Below are positions 51,259-62,335 of a stretch of 64,000 bases of DNA, in pieces. The DNA comes from the human T2T-CHM13v2.0 reference genome, Homo sapiens. The position numbers were made by a program, and so were the translations under genes. Location of the stretch: NCBI RefSeq assembly GCF_009914755.1, contig NC_060926.1, one strand, 5' to 3'. Within the stretch, counting starts at the first letter, position 1. Every line of letters starts with the position of its first letter. The notes under the pieces are model-generated. The model saw only the letters and a program-made list of their open reading frames with translations, did no database searches and was not told where the DNA came from.

Positions 51259-52544
51259 AGAGAAAGAAAAAACCCCACAAAATCAAAATAAATATTTGCT
51301 AGATTAAATATCTATGTCATATTTCTTATTTGTCATTGTTAAATTTGCTATTCATAAAATATTATATTTGAAAATAATTCATAAAATAGATTTGCCCCTT
51401 TCCAGAATTCCTGAGTAGACACCATATTGCCAGACATAATTGACATATTAATTGTCATTTATGACTTAATTGAGTTATTCTTAGCCAGATAATTTTAAAG
51501 GCAAAAGTTTAAAAGTATAAAAAAAGATTTGTGAAAAATGTTTCATACACAAAACACACGTGTAACGTGAGTAAAACTGCATTTTAATATGCTGGATATG
51601 ATGTGTGGTGGGACTCCAAATTAAAATTGTCTTTTGTCTATGATGGTTTTAGGGTGACTGATGGTGCCAGCTTGGTCTCTATGAAAAATTGCTGTCTTGG
51701 TTCCAATGAAAGACTTAATGTTTCCATTTACTTTGTGTGTGTGTGTGTGTGTAAAACATATGTAAGATAAAATGTGTAATTTTAGCCATTTCATTTACTT
51801 TTTAAATAAATACAAAATAGTATTTATGTTGCCTGTATCATTCTTTTGGGCATGTGATCATTCCTGTTCTAGGTTGTTCTGTAACGGGTGTTTCTAGTCT
51901 TTCCTCTAAGATGGTAAGCTTTTCAAGATAGAGTAAGTGGCTTCTTTCTTTCATGAGTTATAGGGTTAAGAACAGAACTGAGTACTTAAATGGAATTCAA
52001 AAAATAGCAACTGAGTGAATGAATATGTGAATAAATGACAGAAATTTGATGACACACTTGATTCAAGGCTGTGCGGTGCCCCACTGGTTTTCAAACTCTG
52101 TTTCGTAAGGGAAAAGCCAATGTATCTAACTGATTACAATGGAGAAGCTCTGAACCAGGATGATCCAGGATGGAGAAACTGATACCACCTCTGCCTCTAA
52201 GTTTCTGGAAGCCTCCCTAAATCATTCCAGACTGGAGCATGTGTTCTAGGATCCAAACCCCCCTAAGAAATTCACAGGACTCTCCCTGGCTACCGGGAAC
52301 GTCTGCTTGTCTAACTTCCATCTATGTCCCTATAGTAAAGAGAGGACCACAAATCATAAGACACTCCCTTTCCTAGGACAAGTAATTCCCATTCATTTAC
52401 CTTTCCCCTTGATGTTCATCTTAAAACCATTAATAGACATTGTCCCTCTCCTAACTCCTTCCCTGGTTCTCACCATCTGTTTACATTCTGGGACCTGCAT
52501 AAATGCACAGATAAAGACTGAACTGAACTCATGACTCAGCATCA

Positions 52545-52722
52545 AGTACCTAGAGTCAAAATTCTAGCTCAGGCACTAGCTGTGTGACCTTGGACAAGTT
52601 GCTTAACTTCTCTGACCTTCAGTTTCCTCCTTTGCCACCTGGGATTGGTAATATAACTCACAACTTATGGATTAAGTGAGATAATGTACTTGAAATCACT
52701 TGGCACACAGTAGATGCTCAAT
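52545..52722 (+). mobile_element. MIR SINE
   Basis: 'actagctgtgtgaccttggacaagttgcttaacttctctgaccttcagtttcctc..tggcacacagtagatgctcaat'. Confidence 0.85.
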
Positions 52723-52738
52723 CATGGTTGTATTTCTT

Positions 52739-53058
<320 letters not shown>

Positions 53059-54102
53059 TAGTTATTGCTTCTGTTTCTTGTTCTTCTGCTTTCGTCAGTC
53101 CCTTCGGGTTCCTCATGATTCTTGCTGAACACACTGGTAGTCCCTGGTCATTTCATTAACTGCTGCACATAGTTTTGAAATATTTATTTATCTATTTGTT
53201 GCCTCTTTAGTGATAGAATTAGAGGTGGTATTTAGATTTATGCCATCTTCCAAAGAACTCCTTATGAACAAGCTGTAAAATTAACTTGTCTGACTCGGGA
53301 ACATGTTGTTTTTGCCTCGTCAGTTGCTCTCAACGGAGTCCTCCCTTTCTTCTCTGTGTCAGAAGTAACATAATGGCAGATATGCATGAGTTCTCTGGAG
53401 AACAAAGAGGGACTTCACAGAGCTCAATTTGGGAGAATACACAAGTGTTGTCATAGAGTGATAGTCTCATCACACTTGCAAGTAGAAAATGAACTGGATA
53501 CCAGATGAAGTGAGGGAATTTGGGGGGAGATAAACTTTCCTCCAAAGTGAACAAAATGAAAAGGCCTGCAGCCAGGCAGAACTGGGCAGAGAATTCTATA
53601 GATGCGGTGTGCAAGTTAATTAACCATCCACCCCCAACTTCTGCCACTGCCACCTTGGCCACCACTGTAGATGATTACTCTGAACTCCTGAGGGCAAGGT
53701 TAGTTTACTGGGAACTTATTTTCTTTTCCTTGTCTTTTTTACTTCTTTTTTTCTCTCTTTTTTGGTTTAATTTAGGGGTGGGAGTCATAAGTACCTCAGT
53801 CCTTGAGATCTCTAATAGCTTTTTAGGGATCAATAATTCTTCATTCAACAAACATGTATTGAGTAACTGTATGAAATAGACAGATCCTGGTTCACCCAAG
53901 TAGTCAGCCTTGCGGGTGACAAACTGATTCCCTGATGGGTTGCAGGGAAACTCTTTTCTTCTACTTTTAACCTTATCGACTTTTTTTTTCTTCAGGTACT
54001 ATGGTGAATACATCAGTTCCAAATTCCAAGTCGGTCCAATTCAATTCCAAATCTTGTGTGAGTGTATCTAGTTAGGCAGAACCCAATTCAAATCCAGAAC
54101 TG

Positions 54103-54405
54103 GGCCAGGCACAGTGGCTCATCCTGTAATCCCAACATTTTGGGAGGCCAAGGTGGGCAGATTACTTGAGCCCAGGAGTTTGAGACTAGCCTGGGCAACA
54201 TAGTGAAACCCCATCCCTACAAAAAAAAAATACAAAAAATTAGCCAGGCGTGAAGGCACACACCTATAGTCCCAGCTACTGGGGAGGGTGAGGTGGGAGG
54301 ATTACCTGAACCCAGGAATTCAAAGGCTGCAGTGAGCCATGATGGTACCACTGCATTCCAGCTTGGGCAACAGAGTAAGACCCTGTCTCAAAACAAAAAC
54401 AAAAA
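54103..54405 (+). mobile_element. Alu (AluJ-like), full length
   Basis: Two arms, (CAAAAA)n tail; TSD caaatccagaact 54089-54101 / 54406-54418. Confidence 0.93.
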
Positions 54406-55009
54406 CAAATCCAGAACTCTACTAGCAAGAAAATTCAGAAATCAATTTTTAGCTTTTGAGTCTCTCAAGCTACAAGGAGGCTGGAGGGAAGGCTGAGTGA
54501 GCCATTCCAGAGTGTATGGCACATTAGTGTACCCTAGTCATATGAAGAAGATGGGCTTTGAAATAGGCCTCCGAAATGTGTAGGATTTGTTTTAAGAGGG
54601 ACTCTTTTAGGGAAGAGAATTCCTGGTGGGTAGAGAGGAAAATTAAATAGAGATAATAAGAATAGCTTAGCTGAACTGGACTGGAGTGGGCATGCTGGGA
54701 AGGCATGAGGTGGTTGGGAACCGAGAGGACTCTTTAGGGGAGACTGAACTTGATCTTCTAGGCAGGGGAGTGGAGGAGACATTGAAGTTCATTAAGCATG
54801 GGAGTTTGAAGACTGTAAGTTAATGCTACCATTCCTATTATCTTAATCAGTCTATACCTATTAAGTGGTGATCTCTACCGTTCAACTTTTCTCTAGTTCT
54901 TTAAATCTATCAGTAAGTTACTACTATGATAATCACTGATATGAGTTTCCTGGATGAATATATTGAGTTTACTGGTGTAATATATTTAGAATTAGTATGC
55001 AATCCTGAG

Positions 55010-55950
55010 AAATAGAGAAATGCTTGAAAAAGCTAGAGGATAATGATTTCTACCCTAGAATTCTATACCTAGCCAAACTATCAATCAAGTATATAGGCAG
55101 AATAATGACATTTTCATTCATATGAGAGCTCAAAAAAAAATTCACCTCCCCCTTATCTTACACATATTTTTACCATGATGCTTCTGAAAAAATAAACCAA
55201 GAAAAAAGAAGACATTGGTTGCCAAAAACAGGGAATCTAATACAAGAGAAAAGCTGATAGAATCACCAGAATAATCCCAGGAACAATTCCAGGACAATAA
55301 CTCTACAATAGGTTAGGAAATAACCTGCCCAGATTGAAGCAGGAGCAGAGAGAGCTATGAGATGCAAGTCTCTAGGAAAAAAGAAAAATAAAATGGATAA
55401 AATATTTTGAACATACTGAGAGAAGATTTACAACGTTTAGGGTTGAATTAGTGTTAAGTATGTCAGAAAACTGAGCAAAAGGGAGAGAATTATTAACTCT
55501 ACTGGAAACAAAGAAAGGAAATACGAGAAAGGAAATATAATCATAGACTACACACAGCTCCACAGGAAATGATATTTTCATAATCATAGCAATATAAATG
55601 ATAAATATTGACTCTATGGGAAATTAGGATACAACTATGTTGTAAGCACCAGGCCAGAGAGGGTGTTGGTAGAGAGGGAGCAGAGGTGAATGGGGTGGTA
55701 AGGGGATGTAAGAAAGCCAGCTCCTCATCTTCCTGAGTAGGAAGCTAGTAGACAGTGTCTAAAATAGGAAATTCTAGAAATAACAGCACAAGCATGTCAT
55801 TTAGCAATATGGAAGTAAATAATAGAAGAAGCTGCTAAAAATGTGAAGTGGTGGCCTCTGGAAAATGTGAAAAGGGAGTTGGGTAAATCCTTCTAGAATC
55901 ATATTTTTAAAAAACTTTTTAAACTATGTACTGTTTAACTTTGATAAAAA
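55010..55950 (+). mobile_element. HAL1-like / L1 ORF1-related fragment
   Basis: 'aatgatttctaccctagaattctatacctagccaaactatcaatcaagt' (ORF1 C-terminal PRILYPAKL-type motif) followed by non-ORF2 sequence. Confidence 0.6.
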
Positions 55951-57257
55951 ATAATGTTTTGCAAAGGTTTACAGTAAATGCTCAAGCTTAATTCTCCAAT
56001 CACAGTTTTCCTGTCACCAATCCCTGCGAGTCCCGAGACCTGTCTATCTACTAGCTACCAGCTACTTGCTGGCCATTTCTATCAAACCACAGCCTCCCGC
56101 TGGCAAATGGGTAGCTCAAACTTTGTTGAATTCTGTATTTGCTGCAAAATCAGAAGCTTCAGGAATCTCTTAAAACATGACTATTACCAGTGACCTTAGC
56201 TTGTTGCGTGCAGCCAAGGGACGACAAAAAATGGCATGAAGAAAGCAAGCCCACAGTAGTAACAGATGTTTTTCTTTTAAAGAGCCGCTTGGGTCATTAT
56301 ATACCTTAGCTGGGGACAAAGCATCTTAAAAACATTGTAAATGTGGGAGGAACAAAGATATAACACATTCTATAAATTAATTTTAGTCCGTGGCATAAAA
56401 TTATGCATCCTATCCCTTCAAAACAGGCTGCAAAAATAATGGGTAATTGCTCAAGGAAACCAATAAATAGCTGCTCCTGGGCGAAAAATCAGGAAAACTG
56501 TGTCATATTGTCAAACCTTCCTCTAGCTGTGTTCTATCTTTCTGTAGTTCCCTTGGATGGCGTGACTTTGGGAAGAGGGGGAGATAATCATTGTTGTTCA
56601 GGAGGGAGGGAAAGCTATTTGTTCAATATCAGAAATTTAGAAAAAGTGTTTCATTTTCTGAGCTCCTCATTACTAATGTATTAAATTCTCTGAAAAATTC
56701 CCTTCATCATTTTCTGCGATTTTTAAAATGCAGCATAAAGCTCCAGTAGAAGGCAAAGATGTTTCCTTGTCTGAATTACTGCCACCGTGAAATAGATTGA
56801 AAAAAATATATCATTTTGTATCAACCAGTAGCATCCCCGTCCACGGAGGGGTGTCTCCTAAAGCCATCAAGATAGTATCAGGGTATTAATCATTTCTGGG
56901 ACAGTGAGAGCCCCAACACCAGCCAGCACCCACAAAGACTGCAACCCCAGGGCCAGCTGCAGCCATCCGTGACAATCTCAGAGCTCTGTGACCATGAGCA
57001 CATGGTGACTGACTCCTGATATTTGACTAAAAGGCTACTGCCAGGCACTGCGGCTGAGTGGGACCCAACTCCTCAAAGCTGGAGACTCACAAAGCCCTGG
57101 TCATTGCTAACTGTCAGGAAGGCTGGAAATGGAGTGGGACAGACACGTGGGATTGCTGCAAAGATACCCATATACCATACCAGTGTGCGCTAAATCTGCA
57201 TAATCAAATATCTCTTTTGTGGATACACACTATGTGCAGGCTGGCCTCACGTGAAGC

Positions 57258-57445
57258 TGTAAGGCATAGTGGTTAAGAGCGCAGCTTTAGGGTGAGAGTG
57301 GTTTCAACAGTCAGCTGACAGTTCCTTAACTTCTCGAAGCCCGTTTTCTCATCAGTAAAATAGGGATAATAATACTGCTCACCTCTGAGGGTCTTGTGAA
57401 GATTAAATGAAGACCTGATGCCCCGAATAAAAGTGATTCAAGTAG
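57258..57445 (+). mobile_element. MIR SINE
   Basis: 'gcatagtggttaagagc..ttttctcatcagtaaaatagggataataata..gtgaagattaaatga'. Confidence 0.8.
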
Positions 57446-57964
57446 AGGAATATCTGATTGAATTGTTTCATTTCCATGGGGGAAATCTTCAGTGTTCCAC
57501 TCTCCCTGCCTCCTTCTAGCCCCAGGGAAGATTCTGGAAGAACCCTCCCAATTCATTCAGAGCCCAACCATGGTTCCCTGAGGTAGTGCTCTCTTGCCTG
57601 CCTGCAGCTCACTGTGTGACCAGAGCTCAGGGGCCAGTGGTGTAGGGTGAGAGATTTTCTTTTTTGTGCCAGCCAATGAAACAGACTTTAGAATCCAGCA
57701 GCCCCTGGGAGGAGGTAGTGATTTACCATCAAGCCGGAAGTCTTTCTCATCCTTCGTTACCACGGAATCCCTACATCCCACACTTTGCGGGTAGGGGTTA
57801 TTGGCCTCATTGTACATAGGAGGTTAGGGTTACGGGATATAAGGTGACACAAACTAGTTAAGGCTATGCAATCTCTCAGCTTCTTGGCTAGGGGTTTTCC
57901 CACCACTTGGACCAAGATATGCATCCAGACCCTTTCCCATCACAGGCAGTCTGGGCTGGGATTG

Positions 57965-58635
57965 TAAAATGAATTCACATGTAGTTCCTGCTATCAGGCA
58001 GTTTGCAGTCCCCAGGTGAAATAAAACACACATATGTTAAAAGGTAGCTGACCAATTATTACTCAGTAAATCATTGGAGTCTCACATGAATGATGTGTCG
58101 CTGGGGATACAACAAGGTGCCACTCCTCTGCCCTCGGGAGCTTATGTTCTAAAGTATCCAAAGAAGGCCGCAGGCAAGTGTGAAAAGAGGGTTAGATGGT
58201 GGACAGGACAGGGCACAGACAGGGCTTGCAGGGGCTGGGGGAGTCAGGAGACAGCACAGTTTGAACTGGGCTTGGACTAACAGCTGAGTGGAAAGAGGCC
58301 TTCTGGGGTTCCAGACGGGAAGAAGATAAGCGGGTGTGGTGAGCCACGGGTCCACCTTCCGGGACCAGAAGGGTCCTGTGAGGAAGAAGTGGACGATGAG
58401 TGAGGAAAGGTAGTTGGGGCCAGACTATGGAAGTAATAGAGAGGGTCTTGATGTTTGCCAACATGAGAGTGGAGTAGGAGGAGGACTCAGAAGGTGATGG
58501 CAGCACAGAGGCCAGGTGTGAAATGATGTCAGAGGAAGGAGTTGACGAGGCCCTGGCCAAGCAAGAGCCGTGGTACAGTGGAAGTAAAGGAGAGGTGAGT
58601 TTATGCTTGGTAATCAAGAGATAGACCCGAGTGGC
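57965..58635 (-). mobile_element. L2 LINE fragments
   Basis: 'ctgccctcgggagcttatgttcta', 'tttgaactgggcttgga', 'ggggccagactatggaa'. Confidence 0.5.
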
Positions 58636-58835
58636 AACCCCAGGTGTGATCCTGGGCAAGTTACTTTAACCCAGGCGTGATCCCAGGCAAGTTACACTCT
58701 GAACCAGGTACATACCTGCCTCAGAGGGCTGCTGTGACACTTACGTGGGATAAAGCATACCGAATGCTTAGGACAGTGCCTGGCCTGTTGCAGCTATTAT
58801 GACTATTGCCAGTACCACTGCTATTGTTATTATTA
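58636..58835 (+). mobile_element. MIR SINE with internal ~31-bp duplication
   Basis: 'cccaggtgtgatcctgggcaagttac' repeated as 'cccaggcgtgatcccaggcaagttac'; 'gcttaggacagtgcctggc'. Confidence 0.7.
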
Positions 58836-59249
58836 TTTTTGTTAATGTGAGGACAGACAGAGGTTAATGACATGAGACTAAGGATCTGTGAGACTGAGAA
58901 ATAGGAGATTCATAGACAGGATGGTGGCTGGGGCAGAGATGGACAGCCTCAGTGTGCCCTGTGGGGAGGTTTGGTGGGGTTGAATATTCCCCAGGCCAGA
59001 GCCCTTGGGGGCTCCTCTGCAGAGCAGAAGCCCCTCCCTGGTCTCAAGCCCTCCTTTCCTCCCTCCCACATCCCACCTGCCTCCTGCTTTTAGAAATCAG
59101 GCTTCGTTCCCTGTGGGATGAGCATGTGTCTTCCTGGGGAAATCGAATTCTACCCAGAAAGGCTTCACCCTTTCTAACTCCTTCTCCCCACTCGAGACTA
59201 AGGGAGCGAGAGGATCGATGAAACAACCTGCATACTCAGAACCAAGGCA

Positions 59250-61255
59250 GCCCCTCGCTCAGCAGCGCCGCGCTCAGAGGCAGCTGGAGCGCCAGGCCGA
59301 GGGCTTTCCCTGTGAGAATCAGTTTCAAATATGAGGTTGATTTTATTTTCCCCGGTTGCAATTAACTGAAAAAAATATTTCAAAGCTGTATAATTAAAGG
59401 CCGGCATTTTATTAGGGTTTAAAATAGTCGCTATGAAATTTGCTCCTGCCATTGGTAATTACAACGTACATCTTAATATCCCCCTGCTTGCCAGCCCCGA
59501 GATAACAGCGCTGTGTGTGCTGCATTTGGCTTTGCAGAGAAGGTAAAATCCTTATCTTATCTCCATCTGCACACAACAACCAGCCTCTCTTCCAATTCAA
59601 CCCTAATCTTCTTAGTAAATAATACTGATATTTTTCACCATAACAAAATGGAGCTGGTGCCAGATTCTCACTGATAACACCTCTCGTTTACACACCATTC
59701 TCTGTCAAAATCGGCCCGATTTTTCTTAATCTCTTTAACTTATCAAAAAAAATACTTCTTACATTTGGCCATAGTAAGTTCTTTTCTACCAAATAATAAT
59801 ATTATAAATAAATCCCTTTGCCTACAGCTGACTCATTGAAAAGATACTCAGCCTCCTCATTTTCTTCATGAATGGAAATTGTTCTGCTCTTCAATTTTCC
59901 TCCCAAGTTTGGGGTCCACACCAAGGGAATTGTTCCCAGGCAGGCCCTGAGCCATCTTTGTATCTTGCAGGGGGTCATCTTGGTCCAGGATGTGCATGCT
60001 TCTCTTTATTTTCATTGTCCTGGACATGGTGGGCTTCCTATAACCCCCACCTACATCCACCTCTAACTCTTGCCGCCCAGGGAAAATGCAGAGATTTAAG
60101 GCAAATCCTGGCAGGCTCTTCCCCCACCCTGTAGACCCCCCCACACACACTGGGACAGGCTTTTGCTCACTGTAGACCCCCCCACACACAGAGACAGGCT
60201 TTTGCTCGGCGCCCCATCTTGGCAGAAACCAGGAGCAACCGCCTTCTCCTGCCGCCTTTCAATGTGAATTGCAGAATTGTCACACAACCAGGGCAGGGAA
60301 AGCTGAGAAGTGTTCAGCACACAGCACGTATTTATTTGACCAGCCTTAGCCTGGTAGGGATTCCAGAGATGGAAAGCACAGTTGTGGCTGGCCAGGACCA
60401 CATCACATATAGGTTCGCTCCAGGCGTGAAGAGAACTTCCAATGGAGGAGGACTGAGGTTTAAGGGATTTAAGATGTTACAGGAAGAATAGGATCGGGAC
60501 AAGGAGATTGACAATGAACCCTTGGAAGCCTTTTGAATATTTGTGTAATCACTAAGACAAAGCAGAAAGAAGACAGTAACAAAGACACTATCAATAACAT
60601 TTTACACAGTTCAAATTAATAATCATCAGCACTGTACCGGGAGATTCCAATTTCCATTTCCAATTTCCTTGTTCACTAGAAACTTTCTATGATTTCCCTC
60701 TCCTGCAGTTTCCATAATATGCTTGTAAATTTACTTGACTTTGTTGCAGATAATGCACACCTAGGAGGGGTTTTATTTTCTGCATCTGTCCTCCTTCCAA
60801 ATGTCCCGCGCTTTCCTATTTGAGGACTCTCCAGTCCTTGGCAGCTGCCTCCTATCTCCGAGGCCTTGACTCCCCTGAGGCAGGAGTTCTTCTCCCTCCC
60901 GCAAGACCCCAGTGGATCCAGATGCTTGAAACAGGAAAGGCAGGGAGTGGGGGGGGGTGTACCCTGTGTTTAAGCATTTCTTAACTCCACTTGGCTCCTA
61001 AATACTCAGAACTATCAAATGTGGACTCTTCGTGGTATCATCTTGCCAAAGCACATGGCACCAGCTCCTTTGACGCGTGTGCGTCCTGCCCTTGCCTTGC
61101 AAGCTAAGGATGTGTGTTTCTGCAGCTGTGTTTATTCCCCTTATCTTCCTTTATCTTTCACAAGGTACCAGTAAAAACCCTTCCATTCTTTCCTTATCCG
61201 TCTGACTTATATGCCTTTTTTATTCCCAGTACCCAATTGCCTCATTATCTAGGGG
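59250..61255. promoter_or_regulatory. candidate GATA-factor enhancer region
   Basis: At least 11 WGATAR sites including tandem pairs and neighbouring E-boxes in repeat-free sequence. Confidence 0.4.
60129..60207. repeat. ~41-bp tandem duplication
   Basis: 'ctgtagacccccccacacaca..gacaggcttttgctc' twice (starts 60129 and 60170). Confidence 0.9.
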
Positions 61256-61257
61256 GC

Positions 61258-61500
61258 AGGAGGATGTAGTTATTAAGAATCAGAATCAGACAAACCTGAA
61301 TTTTAGTCCTAACTCTGCCACTTGACTGCTGTGTGACTTTGATCAAGTTACTTAACCTCTCTGAGTCTGTTTCCTTATCTGCAAAAATGGACATAATAAT
61401 GGGATCTATTTCATTGGACCAATGTAAAGTATTTTATGAGATTATTTAATAATCTGTCTATATACCTGATCATAGTAAAGGCTCAATAAATGATAGCTAT
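61258..61500 (+). mobile_element. MIR SINE, near full length
   Basis: 'ctctgccacttgactgctgtgtgactttgatcaagttacttaacctctctgag..catagtaaaggctcaataaatgatagctat'. Confidence 0.85.
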
Positions 61501-62124
61501 GTTAACAAAGCTGTTAATTGAAACTCAGAGAAGAGAGATATCAGTGTGAATATCCTTGGTTGGGAATCTATCCATAGTGAAAGAGCATCTGTGAGAGCTG
61601 ATCATAGAAGACTAGGCTAGTTGTTTAAAGAGGCCTCTTGGCATTTTGGTTTGGAAACATCTTCAGAAGCTTGGTGTTTTCTGGACCCACTCACCTCTCA
61701 GGAACAGCATGAAGAACACAGACAGTTCAATAAACAACTTTGTGCCTCAGCTGATAATAATAAAGACAAAAAAGGTACAAAATTTGTTTTTTGAAATGAA
61801 GTTCTTCCTAAGCGTTCCAGGAAGTCAGTTTAACCCAAAGCTTATCTACAAAACTCTCCAGGGTCTTGAAGCTGCTGCTTACACGCACCTCTCAAGCAGT
61901 TGTTGTGCAAAAACAACTAAATAGAGATGAATCATAGTGCCAGACCTGCCCCCTTCCTCATCTTCCTGGGACACTCATCCTACAGACCAGTTGCTCTTGT
62001 GTTTCCACTTCCAAAGCCCTTTCCAGCTGCTCCTCTGAGATTCCTTCCTCCTCTCCTTGCACCAACAAGGTTTAAGCAGGAGATAATCCAATGTGTCAGT
62101 CACTCACTAGCAGTCCTGTTGGGA

Positions 62125-62335
62125 AGTGTAATAAGTGCTCTCTCTATCCCAGGCACTATGCTAGACTCTTCACATATGCTAGACTGTTCACCTCATTCAA
62201 TCATCCAACAACCCTGTTAGGCAGGTACCCTTATATTATCCCATTTTACTGGTAAGAAAACTGAGACTTAGGAAGATTAAGTAATTTGCCCAAGGTTACG
62301 GGGCTAGTACTGACAAGCAAGTTCAAAACCAGTTT
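62125..62335 (-). mobile_element. MIR SINE
   Basis: 'ccaggcactatgcta..caacaaccctgttaggcaggta..attatcccattttac..gaaaactgagactta..aatttgcccaaggt'. Confidence 0.8.

Noticed and set aside
59250-61255. Assignment to a specific known erythroid enhancer locus (e.g. BCL11A +58)
   Set aside because: I did not find the BCL11A +58 core sequence I recall, and no gene exon identifies the locus; needs BLAT
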